Shown: piece by piece, positions 38,861 to 47,987 of the stretch | Position numbering within the stretch: the stretch's first letter is position 1 | Layout of the letters: each line of letters begins with the position of its first letter | Assembly: GCA_963707915.1 (NCBI GenBank) | Contig: OY970178.1 | Coordinates: forward strand, 2,336,001-2,400,000 | Length of the DNA: 64,000 nucleotides | DNA from: Candidatus Eiseniibacteriota bacterium | GTDB lineage: Bacteria; Eisenbacteria; RBG-16-71-46 | Reading direction: 5' to 3' | The notes under the pieces: generated by a model | Seen by the model: only the letters and a program-made list of their open reading frames with translations | Told to the model about the DNA's origin: nothing | Database searches by the model: none | Translations under genes and position numbers: made by a program

Positions 38861-39727
38861 ATGGACCTCAGCCTCATCCTCGTCAGCTACCGCTCGCGCG
38901 AGCCCCTGCTCGAATGCCTGCGCGCACTGCGGACCGACGCCCGGGCCGCGGGGATCCGCACCGAGACCGTGGTGGTGGACAACGACTCGCGCGACGGCAC
39001 GATCGAGGCGCTGGCGGCGGAATTCCCGGAGGTGCGCCTCGTCGCCAACCGCGAGAACTCCGGTTACGCACGGGCGGTGAACCAGGGGCTGGCCGCCACC
39101 ACGGCGCCCTTCGCGCTGGTGCTGAACCCGGACTGCGTGGTGCAGGCCGGAGCGCTGCGCGCCCTGCTCGACCACGCGGCGGCCCATCCCCGCTCGGGGC
39201 TGGTCGGCCCGAAGATCCTCAACCCCGACGACTCGCTCGAGTTCTCGGCGCGCTCGTTCCCGGACCCGCTCACCTTCCTCTTCAACCGCTACTCGCTCCT
39301 CACCCGGCTGTTCCCGGGCAACCGCTTCTCCCGCCGCTACCTGCTCACCGACTGGGACCATGCCACGGTGCGCGAGGTGGGCTGGATCTCGGGCGCCTGC
39401 ATGCTGGCGCGCCGCGCGGCGGTCGAGCAGGTCGGCGGGATGGACGAGGCCTTCTTCATGTTCAACGAGGACGTGGACTGGTGCCGCCGCATGAAGCCGG
39501 CCGGATGGGCCGTGACCTACGAGCCCGGGGCGGTGGTGGTGCACCACATCGGGGCCAGCCGGTCCCGCGTCGCGGCGCGCGTCATCTGGGGCCGGCACCT
39601 GGGCATGATCCACTACTTCCACAAGCACCACCCCACCAACCCGCTGTTCTCGCTCCCGGCCGACGCCGTCATCCTGCTCCGCGCGACGTTGATGGTCGTC
39701 GCGAACGCGCTGCGGCCGCGCGGATGA
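38861..39727 (+). CDS. GT2-family glycosyltransferase (WbbL-like)
   Basis: VVVDNDSRDGT, NSGYARAVNQG, LNPD, WISGACML, MDEAFFMFNEDVDWC. Confidence 0.92.
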   Translation: MDLSLILVSYRSREPLLECLRALRTDARAAGIRTETVVVDNDSRDGTIEALAAEFPEVRLVANRENSGYARAVNQGLAATTAPFALVLNPDCVVQAGALRALLDHAAAHPRSGLVGPKILNPDDSLEFSARSFPDPLTFLFNRYSLLTRLFPGNRFSRRYLLTDWDHATVREVGWISGACMLARRAAVEQVGGMDEAFFMFNEDVDWCRRMKPAGWAVTYEPGAVVVHHIGASRSRVAARVIWGRHLGMIHYFHKHHPTNPLFSLPADAVILLRATLMVVANALRPRG

Positions 39728-39767
39728 GCCCGCAGCGGACGGGCCCCGCACCGGGGAGGGCGCGCTG

Positions 39768-40811
39768 ATGCCCTATTCGCTCGCGCTCGCGCTCGCCTCC
39801 GGCTTCCTGGCGCTCGCGGTCACGCCGGTGGTGATGGCCCTGGCGCGCCGCGGGGGCGCGCTCGACCACCCCGGCCCACGCCGGATCCACCGCGTGCCCG
39901 TGCCCACGCTGGGCGGGATCGCCTTCGTCGTGGCGGTGCTGGGCGTGGCGTGGCTGGCGCGCGTGCTGCCGGGGCCGGCGCGCCTGCTGGAGGTCCGGCC
40001 GCTGCTCGGGCTCACGCTGGCCGCGGTCCCGCTGGTCGCGCTCGGCATCGTGGACGACCTGCGCGGCGCCGGGCCGTGGACCAAGCTCACGGTCCAGGCC
40101 TGCTCGGCGATGGTGCTCGTGCACTTCGGCTACGGCGTGCCGCTGCTGACCAACCCGTTCGGCGCGCCCCTCGAACCGGGATTCCTGAGCGGGCCGCTGG
40201 CCGTCGCCTGGGTGCTGGTCGTGGTGAACGCCATCAACCTGATCGACGGGCTCGACGGCCTCGCCGCGGGGGTGGTGCTCATCGCCGCGGGCACGCTCTG
40301 GTGGGTGGGCCACTCGCACATGGACATGTACGTGATGTTCATCGCGTCGCTGCTGATCGGCGCCACGCTCGGGTTCCTGCCCTGGAACTTCCCCCCCGCC
40401 CGCGTCTTCATGGGTGACACCGGCAGCCACTTCCTCGGCCTCACGCTGGCCGCCGTCGCGCTGCTCGAGAACCGCAAGGAGACCGCGACGGTCACCCTGC
40501 TCTTCCCGCTGGTCGCCCTGGGGGTCCCCATCGCCGACAGCCTGATGGCGTTCGTGCGGCGGCTGGGCAGCGGCCAGCACGTGTTCCACGCCGATCGCCA
40601 GCACATCCACCACCGCCTGCTCGGCCTGGGCCTCTCGCCGCGCGGCGCGCTGTTCGTGCTGTGGGGGTTGTGCGCCGTCTTCGGCGTGACGGCCGTGGTG
40701 CTCGCCGCGCGGCCGCGCCGGCTGGCGTTCCTGGTCGTGCTGGCTTTGGCGGTGGTGCTGTTCGTCGCGTTCGAGGTCCTCGCCCGCAAGGGGCGCGACG
40801 CCGGACGCTGA
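39768..40811 (+). CDS. WecA/TagO (MraY-like) undecaprenyl-phosphate GlcNAc-1-phosphate transferase
   Basis: RRIH..PVPTLGG, GIVDD, NAINLIDGLDGLA, NFPPARVFMGDTGS, DRQHIHHRL. Confidence 0.93.
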   Translation: MPYSLALALASGFLALAVTPVVMALARRGGALDHPGPRRIHRVPVPTLGGIAFVVAVLGVAWLARVLPGPARLLEVRPLLGLTLAAVPLVALGIVDDLRGAGPWTKLTVQACSAMVLVHFGYGVPLLTNPFGAPLEPGFLSGPLAVAWVLVVVNAINLIDGLDGLAAGVVLIAAGTLWWVGHSHMDMYVMFIASLLIGATLGFLPWNFPPARVFMGDTGSHFLGLTLAAVALLENRKETATVTLLFPLVALGVPIADSLMAFVRRLGSGQHVFHADRQHIHHRLLGLGLSPRGALFVLWGLCAVFGVTAVVLAARPRRLAFLVVLALAVVLFVAFEVLARKGRDAGR

Positions 40812-40891
40812 AGCGGCGGGGGCGCCGGGACCCCGGGGACACCACCCGCCCGACTCCGCCACCCGGTCCCGGCCCTCGCATGCCATCGGGC

Positions 40892-40907
40892 AGCACGCGC
40901 CATGCCA
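40892..40907 (-). promoter_or_regulatory. Orphan sigma54-type promoter
   Basis: Minus strand TGGCATGGCGCGTGCT (GG-N10-GC), very similar to the element at 3364-3379; no credible CDS downstream. Confidence 0.55.
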
Positions 40908-41089
40908 CCGGCGATCGGCCGGCGCGCGCGGCGCGTCCGGGCCCGAGCTGTCCGGCCGCCGTCCATCCGTGTCCATCCGCGGTCGCCGCGCGGCGCGTGG
41001 ACGCCCCCGCGGCGGCGCGCCCGCCGCCACGCATGGCGAAGGCGCGGTGGTCTGCCCACCGCGCCCCCGCGAATCCCGCCCCGACGCCG

Positions 41090-41779
41090 TCAGTAGGTGA
41101 TCGAGTAGTCCAGCTTGAAGCTCCAGAGCGTCCGCGTCTTCGACTGCGACGCGTTGAACAGCAGCGGCATGTCCGCGCTGGCCGGGGCTTTCATGGAGAC
41201 GAGCAGGTCGTCGATCTTGGGCCGGCCGCCGTCCGGGCCCGAGAAGGCCGGGTTCGCGTCCAGCTTGTCCACCGAGGCCATGCGCAGGTCGATGCCGAGG
41301 AGCCCCTGCTTGCTGACCGGGACGTGCAGGCCGCAGACCACGTAGCGGCCCGGCGTGTAGCCGCTCGCGTCGGCCCCGGTCCGGTAGAGCTTGTGGTAGA
41401 AGGCCCCACCACCGAAGCCCACGTACGGGTAGGCCGACGAACCCCAGCGCGAGTGACGCACGACCTCGAGCGTGAGCGGCACCGAGATCTCCGCCGCGGT
41501 GCCGAAACGGCCCAGCCACTCGTAGTGGACGAAGCCGCCCACGGACCACCGGTCGAGCACGAAGCGCCGGTAGCCGAAGCCGCCGCCGACCAGGCCGCTG
41601 GGCGCCTCTTCGCCGGCGGCCTTGGCGTAGCCGGCGCGCACCGACATCCACTGGCTGCCTCGCTTCAGAACGTCCCCGGCGGCGGCCGAGGAGCCGGCCG
41701 CGAACGCCGGCACGGCCGCGGCGCCGGCCAGCGCCACCGCCATCAGGGCTGCCGCACACGTCATCCGATACCTGTTCAC
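41090..41779 (-). CDS. Outer membrane beta-barrel protein
   Basis: RBS AAGGAG; signal peptide; alternating beta-strands (SVRAGY, YPYVGFGGG), C-terminal FKLDYSITY. Confidence 0.78.
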   Translation of the reverse strand: MNRYRMTCAAALMAVALAGAAAVPAFAAGSSAAAGDVLKRGSQWMSVRAGYAKAAGEEAPSGLVGGGFGYRRFVLDRWSVGGFVHYEWLGRFGTAAEISVPLTLEVVRHSRWGSSAYPYVGFGGGAFYHKLYRTGADASGYTPGRYVVCGLHVPVSKQGLLGIDLRMASVDKLDANPAFSGPDGGRPKIDDLLVSMKAPASADMPLLFNASQSKTRTLWSFKLDYSITY

Positions 41780-41789
41780 TGGTCGCTCC

Positions 41790-42425
41790 TTAGTTCCCGG
41801 TGGGCCCGAACCCGAAGGTGACGCAGGTCGTCATCAGGTCCACGTTGGAATTCTTGGCGTAGATGCGGTGGTAGACGGTCTCGAACCCCAGGGAGGTGCC
41901 GCCCACGACGCGGTAGCGCAGCCCCGCGCCGGCGCTGACGCCGCCCTTGCTCGCCTGCTCGACGCCGCCCAGCGTCGTGCCGGCCGACGCGGCCGAGACG
42001 TCCTGGCTGTAGCGGATGGAGTAGCCGCCTCCGCCCACGCGCAGGTACGGCGAGAAGCGCCCGCGCTCCAGGAAGAAGGCCTTCGCGTACATGCCCAGGT
42101 TCGTGACGGTCCAGTTCTCCACCAGCGTCACGGTCACGGGCTTGGCGGTGCCGGGGTCGAGGGGGATGGTGATCGCGGACCCGTTGTGCGACCCCTGGCT
42201 CCTGAAGTAATTGAATTCCACGCCCGTCGCGAGCCAGCGGAGCGCCCGGTAGCCGGCGCTCAACCCCACGGTCGAGCCGGACTTGGCCACCTCGCTGAAC
42301 GATTCGCGCGGCGACTGGCTTCCCATCGTCAGTGTCATCATGCTCTCGGCGGCCGCCATGACCGCCGTCGGGGCCGCGCATAGCAGCAGCAGCGCGCCGG
42401 CCACCATCACCCATCGCTTCGACAT
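41790..42425 (-). CDS. Outer membrane beta-barrel protein (OmpA/OmpW-like transmembrane domain)
   Basis: RBS GAGGAGG; signal peptide; GLSAGYR, FSPYLRVGGGGY, AGAGLRY, VTFGF near the C-terminus. Confidence 0.82.
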   Translation of the reverse strand: MSKRWVMVAGALLLLCAAPTAVMAAAESMMTLTMGSQSPRESFSEVAKSGSTVGLSAGYRALRWLATGVEFNYFRSQGSHNGSAITIPLDPGTAKPVTVTLVENWTVTNLGMYAKAFFLERGRFSPYLRVGGGGYSIRYSQDVSAASAGTTLGGVEQASKGGVSAGAGLRYRVVGGTSLGFETVYHRIYAKNSNVDLMTTCVTFGFGPTGN

Positions 42426-42563
42426 CGGACGGCCTCCTCTCATGGCTTTCCGCGAGCGGATACGTCGTTGCAGGCCCGGTCAGAGCCAGATCCGGGCGGC
42501 GCCGGGCCGGGGCACCGCCCCCGCCCGCCGGAAAGCCCGCCTATGCTGGCGTCAAGGACGGAG

Positions 42564-42593
42564 AAGGTACGTTCGGCGGGGATGCCGAGTCAA
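42564..42593 (-). promoter_or_regulatory. Sigma70-type promoter of the two beta-barrel genes
   Basis: TTGACT (42593-42588)-N18-TACCTT (42569-42564). Confidence 0.5.
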
Positions 42594-42714
42594 TGCGGCG
42601 CGGCGCGCGACCGGCGGTCCCGGGACGCGCGCGCCCCGCGGGAAGTCCTGCCGCGGAAGGGGTTGTCGCAAAACGGGCTTCCCCTGCGGCCCGGCCTTCG
42701 CTAGTTTGCACCCC

Positions 42715-43257
42715 ATGCGCGCACGTGGCGGATCGCGACCCCGTGCCGGCGCCCCCTCGCGGGCGCTGGCCCTGCTCGTGGGCGCCGTCCTCCTGATCGG
42801 GCCGACGGGCTGCACCCGCCGGCAGCAGGGCGGCGGCGCGCTGAGCTTCGAGGACCTCTCCGACCCGGCCACCCTCACGCGGGGCAAGCCGATCCTCACC
42901 TCGTTCGAGCCCTACCGCATCACCGGCCAGGCGTTGCGCGTCCGCGGCTCCGCGCGCCTGCCCGACGGCACGCGCCTGCAGGTCTCCATCGTGCGCGTGG
43001 CGACGGGCGAGCCGCTGCTCGTCGCGCAGGTGACGGTCGAGCGCGGGAGCTTCGAGTCCGCCCCGCTGATGGGGACGCGCGGCCCGCTGCCGGTCGACCT
43101 CTACCGCTTCGACGTGCTCGCGCACTTCAACGCCGCCTGGCAGACGGAGAAGGTGCTGCGGGCCACCCACGACGGCCGCTCGCTCCGGGGCCCGGGCGTG
43201 ACCCGGGGCACGGGCGGGCAGCCGGCCTTCTTCCTACGCGAGGAGCGCCGCCTGTGA
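42715..43257 (+). CDS. Putative lipoprotein
   Basis: Hydrophobic stretch LALLVGAVLLIG then PTG-C; Ig-like beta pattern (VRGSARLPDGTRLQVSI); stop overlaps the next GTG. Confidence 0.65.
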   Translation: MRARGGSRPRAGAPSRALALLVGAVLLIGPTGCTRRQQGGGALSFEDLSDPATLTRGKPILTSFEPYRITGQALRVRGSARLPDGTRLQVSIVRVATGEPLLVAQVTVERGSFESAPLMGTRGPLPVDLYRFDVLAHFNAAWQTEKVLRATHDGRSLRGPGVTRGTGGQPAFFLREERRL

Positions 43258-44537
43258 GCACCCGACCCCAGCGTCCGCCCGCGATGCGCTACCGTCCCGC
43301 GCGGCGCACCGACGTCGAGACCCTGGCCGAACTCGGCCTGCTCGCCTACCGGGTCTCGAGCTTCGAGAAGCGGCGCGAGTTCTACACCGACCACCCGCGC
43401 TTCTCGCTGCGCGACGTGCGGGTCGGCGAGCTGGAGGGGCGGATCGTCGCCTCGCTCGTGCTCTACCCGCTGGTCGCCTGGGTGCGCGGCCAGCAGGTGC
43501 CGGTCACGGGCGTGGGCTCGGTCGCGGTCTCCCCCGAGCACCGGCGCCGCGGCGTGGGCGAGACGCTCATGCGCTCGGCGCTGCGCGAGCTGCGTCAGCG
43601 CGGCAGCGCCTTCTCCGCCCTCTACGCCTTCCGCGGCTCCTTCTACCGCAAGCTCGGCTACGGGGTCGTCGAGGTCGTGCAGCAGCTCGCCATCTCGCCC
43701 GCGAACCTGCCGGCCTCCGAGGAGAGCCGCCGGGTGCGCCGCCTGCTGCTGCCGGACCGGCCCGCCGTCGAGGCGCTCTACGAGCGGGTGGCCGCGCAGG
43801 GCCACTTCGCGCTGGCGCGCACGCGCGAGTGGTGGGCGCAGCGGCTCTGGGACTACCCCGGCGACTGGGTCGTCCACGAGGGCCGGCGCCGCGGACAGAT
43901 CGAGGGCTACCTGCACTACGAGGTGGACACCACGCACGGCCCGTTCCGTCTCGGCCTCACGCTCACCGAGTTCGTCGCCGCGAGCCCCGAGGCGCACCGC
44001 GGGCTGGTGGGCTACCTCGCCTCGCTCGCCGACCAGGTCCAGGAGATCCACCACGCGACGTCCGCCGACAACCTCTGGCTCGCCACGCTCCGGACCGCGC
44101 AGAACCTGCGTCCCGGCGCCGAGATGGGCGTGCTGCTCGACACCGGCGGCGTGGCGCACGGCGCGATGCTGCGCGTGAACGACGTCAAGGCGGGGCTCGA
44201 GTGCCTGCCGGTGAGCCCGCACGCGCGCGGCGAGGTGGTGCTCGACGTGGACGACCCGGTGCTGCCGCAGAACGCGCGGGCCTGGCGCGTCGCGGCGCGC
44301 GAGGGTCGGCTGCACGTGAAGCCCGAGGTCGCGGGCGGGCCCGGCCCGAAGGCCGGGCGCGGGCGACTGCCGCGACTGCAGGTGCCCGCGGACGCGCTCG
44401 GGCCCCTGCTGGCGGGCACGCTCTCCGCGACCGGCGCCGCGGCCGCCGGGCTCATCGAGTCCAGCGGCGGGGCCGAGGTGGTCGAGCCCTGGTTCCGCGC
44501 GAAGCCGGCGTTCCTCTACCCGATGAACGTGTTCTGA
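43254..44537 (+). CDS. Eis-like GNAT acetyltransferase with SCP2-like C-terminus
   Basis: GVGSVAVSPEHRRRGVG, SALYAF..FYRKLGY, MLRVNDV, DVDDPVLPQN, ending MNVF. Confidence 0.88.
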   Translation: MSTRPQRPPAMRYRPARRTDVETLAELGLLAYRVSSFEKRREFYTDHPRFSLRDVRVGELEGRIVASLVLYPLVAWVRGQQVPVTGVGSVAVSPEHRRRGVGETLMRSALRELRQRGSAFSALYAFRGSFYRKLGYGVVEVVQQLAISPANLPASEESRRVRRLLLPDRPAVEALYERVAAQGHFALARTREWWAQRLWDYPGDWVVHEGRRRGQIEGYLHYEVDTTHGPFRLGLTLTEFVAASPEAHRGLVGYLASLADQVQEIHHATSADNLWLATLRTAQNLRPGAEMGVLLDTGGVAHGAMLRVNDVKAGLECLPVSPHARGEVVLDVDDPVLPQNARAWRVAAREGRLHVKPEVAGGPGPKAGRGRLPRLQVPADALGPLLAGTLSATGAAAAGLIESSGGAEVVEPWFRAKPAFLYPMNVF

Positions 44538-44548
44538 CGGGGATCGCC

Positions 44549-44851
44549 GTGAAGTCCTCGCGCCGCAGCTTCCTCCGCCTGCTCGCCGCCGGTTCGGCCG
44601 CCACGGCGGCGACCCCGGCCGCGGCCCTGGCGCGCGCGGCGCGGAAGCCGAAGCCCGCCCCGGCCTCGCGCCCCGCCGCTCCGCCCGCGGGCCCCGCCCT
44701 GCCGCCGGCCGTGGCCGGGGAGATCCGCAGGCAGCAGGCCATGCTGGAGCAGACGCTCCAGGCGGTGCGCCGCCACCCGCTGCCACCCGGGAGCGAGCCC
44801 GCCTTCGTCTTCGCGCCGTTGCGTTCCCGCCGGAAGGCGGACGCGCCGTGA
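44549..44851 (+). CDS. Small Tat-signal protein, possible amidase accessory subunit
   Basis: GTG-KSSRRSFLRLLAAGSAA; Pro/Ala linker; helix; C-terminal PLPPGSEPAFVFAP; fills the gap between eis-like and amidase genes and overlaps the amidase start. Confidence 0.72.
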   Translation: MKSSRRSFLRLLAAGSAATAATPAAALARAARKPKPAPASRPAAPPAGPALPPAVAGEIRRQQAMLEQTLQAVRRHPLPPGSEPAFVFAPLRSRRKADAP

Positions 44852-46251
44852 TCGGCGAGGACCTGCTCCACGCCGGGCTCGCCGAGCTCTCGTCCCGGAT
44901 CCGGGCGCGCCGGCTCACCTCGGTCGAGCTCACCGAGGCGTACCTCGACCGCATCCGGCGCTTCTCCCCCGCACTCAACGCGTTCGAGACGGTGGCCGGC
45001 GACCTCGCGCGCATGCAGGCGGGCCAGGCGGACAGCGAGATCCGCAACCACCGCTGGCGCGGGCCCCTGCACGGCATCCCGTACGGCGCCAAGGACCTGC
45101 TGGCGACGGCCGGCCTGCGCACCACCTGGGGCGCGGCTCCGCTCAAGGAGCAGGTGTTCGACTACGACGCCACGGTGGTCACGCGCCTGCGCGAGGCGGG
45201 CGCGGTGCTGCTCGGCAAGTGCGCGATGGTCGAGCTCGCGGGCGGGCTGGGCTACCGCTTCGCCGACGCCTCGGTGAGCGGCCCCGGGCGCAACCCCTGG
45301 GACCCCGGGCGCTGGACCGGCGGCTCGTCGTCGGGCTCGGGCGCGGCGGTCGCGGCCGGCCTGGCGCCCTTCGCGCTGGGCACCGAGACCTGGGGTTCCA
45401 TCCTCTGCCCCGCGGCGTTCTGCGGGATCACCGGGCTGCGGCCCACCTACGGGCGCGTCAGCCGCGCCGGGGCGATGGTCTGCTCGTGGACGTTCGACAA
45501 GATCGGCCCGCTCGCGCGCTCGGCGGCCGACTGCCGCACCGTGTTCGGCGCCATCGCCGGCCCCGATCCGGCCGACCCGACCTCGTCGAGCGAGCCCCTG
45601 GACGTCCGGCCACGGCACCTCGACCTCGCGGGGCTCAAGGCCGCGCTCGTGCCGCTCGACTTCACGGCGAAGGGCGCCGAGCCCGAGGTGAAGGCGGCGT
45701 TCGACGCCGCCGTCACCCAACTGCGGGTCGCCGGCCTGCGGCTCGAGGAGGCGAAGCTGCCCGAGTCGCCCGCCAGCGAGCTGGCCGGGATCATCATCAC
45801 GGAGGAGGCGCTCTCCGCGTTCGAGAAGCTCTACCAGGACGGTTCCGTGAAGCGGCTCCGGGACCCGTACGCCCCCTACCAGCCGGAGATCAACGCCGCC
45901 GTCACCGGCGCGGACCTGGTGAAGGCCTGGCGCATCCGGGGCGAGTTGCAGCGGGCGATGGCGGAGTTCTTCGCCGGGTACGACGTCATCGTGACGCCCA
46001 ACTTCATGTCGGTGGCGCCGCGCATCGAGGAGGACCTCGTCCAGGCGCTGCCCTACCCCGACCCGGTGGGCGCGATCGGCAACGCCTGCGGCCTGCCCGC
46101 GCTCGCGCTGCCCTGCGGTTTCGGCCGCGGCCACCTGCCGGTCGGCTTCCAGATCGTCGGGCCGCCCTTCAGCGAGGGCCTGCTGCTCGACCTGGGCGAG
46201 GCCTACCAGGAACGCACGGGCTGGCACCTGGAGCGCCCGCCGCTGCAGTGA
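44848..46251 (+). CDS. Amidase-signature family enzyme
   Basis: GPLHGIPYGAKDL, GGSSSGSGAAVAAG, ETWGSILCPAAFCG, RPTYGRVSR. Confidence 0.94.
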   Translation: MIGEDLLHAGLAELSSRIRARRLTSVELTEAYLDRIRRFSPALNAFETVAGDLARMQAGQADSEIRNHRWRGPLHGIPYGAKDLLATAGLRTTWGAAPLKEQVFDYDATVVTRLREAGAVLLGKCAMVELAGGLGYRFADASVSGPGRNPWDPGRWTGGSSSGSGAAVAAGLAPFALGTETWGSILCPAAFCGITGLRPTYGRVSRAGAMVCSWTFDKIGPLARSAADCRTVFGAIAGPDPADPTSSSEPLDVRPRHLDLAGLKAALVPLDFTAKGAEPEVKAAFDAAVTQLRVAGLRLEEAKLPESPASELAGIIITEEALSAFEKLYQDGSVKRLRDPYAPYQPEINAAVTGADLVKAWRIRGELQRAMAEFFAGYDVIVTPNFMSVAPRIEEDLVQALPYPDPVGAIGNACGLPALALPCGFGRGHLPVGFQIVGPPFSEGLLLDLGEAYQERTGWHLERPPLQ

Positions 46252-46270
46252 CGCGGGGAGCCCGCTTCGC

Positions 46271-47125
46271 TCAGGCCCGCGCGCGCTGTTCCCCGGCGTC
46301 CCAGTGCACCAGCGCCGAGCGCACGCCGCGCGGCCACTCGCAGCCGCCTTCCACCGGGGTGAGCCGCCGCGCCACCAGGTCGCGCAGGAAGGCGTCGTGC
46401 TCGCACGGCTCGGCGAGCCCGAAGCGGCGCTTCACCTCGGCGACCGCGTCCTCGAGGCTCGCGCTCCTCCACGGCTCCCACAGCCCGGTGTCCTCCACGA
46501 CCACGTCCGGCAGGATGCCGAGCTGCAGCAGGGCGTTGTAGCCGACCTGGAAGTTGGGGCTGTCGTGCGGGTGGCCCCAGACGCGCCGCGCCACCTCGGC
46601 CATGACGCCGTCCGCGGCCGGTGCGCGCATGACCAGGAAGCAGCGCCGCCGCGTCATCCGCTCGAGGCTCCGCACGAACGCGGCGAAGTCGGCGAACCCG
46701 TACATCGCCTGCGAGCAGAGCGACACGTCGTGCGGCTCGAGCGCCACGTCGGGCCACGACGCCTGCACCACCTCGACGTTCGTGACGCGCGCGGCGGCGA
46801 GCGTCTCCTTCATCACCTCGACCATGGCGGGCGACGCCTCGACCGCGGTGACCCGGCGCGCGTGACCGGCCAGGAACGCGGCCCACGCGCCGGTCCCCGC
46901 ACCGATGTCGACGACGCTCGAGCCCGGGTGCGCGTCCAGCCAGGCCGCGACCGTGGTACGGCTCGAGTCCGGGGTGCTCCAGCGCCGGGCGATCCCCGCG
47001 GCGAACCCGCGCGCCTTGTCGCGCCACGCGTCCTCCGGGGCCCGGGTCCGGTCGGTCTCCCAGCTGCGCGCCTGCGCGGCCTGCAGCTCGCGCCACAGGG
47101 CGATCCAGTCGGTCACTCGCTCCAT
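46271..47125 (-). CDS. Class I SAM-dependent methyltransferase
   Basis: VVDIGAGTG, VTAVEAS, WPDV..HDVSLCS. Confidence 0.88.
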   Translation of the reverse strand: MERVTDWIALWRELQAAQARSWETDRTRAPEDAWRDKARGFAAGIARRWSTPDSSRTTVAAWLDAHPGSSVVDIGAGTGAWAAFLAGHARRVTAVEASPAMVEVMKETLAAARVTNVEVVQASWPDVALEPHDVSLCSQAMYGFADFAAFVRSLERMTRRRCFLVMRAPAADGVMAEVARRVWGHPHDSPNFQVGYNALLQLGILPDVVVEDTGLWEPWRSASLEDAVAEVKRRFGLAEPCEHDAFLRDLVARRLTPVEGGCEWPRGVRSALVHWDAGEQRARA

Positions 47126-47207
47126 GCTCCGCTCCGTTCCGGTGGTGAGGATGCGTGTCGGTTCCAGGGGGCGCCTCCGGGGGACCCGTCGCGCGCCTCG
47201 TTCGGGC

Positions 47208-47987
47208 TCACGCGTGCGGCACGACCACGGGCCGCCCGCGCAGCGCGACGACCTCCACCTCCATGCCGTAGGTCGCGCTCAGCCGCTCCGTGGTCAGCAC
47301 CTCGTCCGTGCGCGCGGCGGCCAGCACCCGCCCGTCCCGCAACAGCACGACGTGGTCGGCGATGGCCGCGGCGAGGTTGGGATCGTGGGTGGTGAACACC
47401 ACGGTCCGGCCCTCGCGGCCCAGCATCCGCAGCACCTCCAGCACGCGGCGCGTGTTCGCCGGGTCGAGGTGCGAGGTCGGCTCGTCCGAGAGCAGGATCG
47501 CCGACTGCTGGACCAGCGCGCGCGCGATGGTCGCGAGCTGGGCCTCGCCACCGCTGAGCGTGGGCACGGCGCGGTGCCCGAGCGCGGCCAGCCCGACCCG
47601 CTCGAGCGCCTCGAGCGCGAGCCGGTGGTCGGACTCGCCCGGGAGGTCGAGCAGGCCGAGATGCGGCGCCCGCCCCAGCAGCGCGAACTCGAGCACGCTC
47701 AGCTCGAAGGCCACCGGCTCCGACTGGGGCACCAGGCCCACGCGCCGGCTCAGGTCCCGGCGCGAGTAACCGTGCTGGGGCCGGCCCTCCACTTCGACGG
47801 TGCCGCGCGTGGGCCGGAGCAGCCCGAGCAGCAGGCGCAGCAGCGTCGTCTTGCCGGAGCCGTTGGCCCCCAGCACCGCGGCGATGGAGCCGGCCCCGAT
47901 CTCGAGCGAGACCTCGCGCAGGACGTCCGGCCCGCCGGCCGCGTAGGCGAACGAGACGTCGCGCAGCGCGAGGGCGGGCGGGCTCAC
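47208..47987 (-). CDS. Iron-siderophore/cobalamin-type ABC transporter ATP-binding protein
   Basis: GANGSGKTT, LSGGEAQ, DEPTSHLD, TTHDPN; GTG overlaps the permease stop. Confidence 0.92.
   Translation of the reverse strand: MSPPALALRDVSFAYAAGGPDVLREVSLEIGAGSIAAVLGANGSGKTTLLRLLLGLLRPTRGTVEVEGRPQHGYSRRDLSRRVGLVPQSEPVAFELSVLEFALLGRAPHLGLLDLPGESDHRLALEALERVGLAALGHRAVPTLSGGEAQLATIARALVQQSAILLSDEPTSHLDPANTRRVLEVLRMLGREGRTVVFTTHDPNLAAAIADHVVLLRDGRVLAAARTDEVLTTERLSATYGMEVEVVALRGRPVVVPHA

Noticed and set aside
44848..46251. Calling the amidase gatA
   Set aside because: No gatB adjacent and the catalytic region reads ETWGSI rather than the GatA-type DTGGSIRQP; left as a generic amidase.
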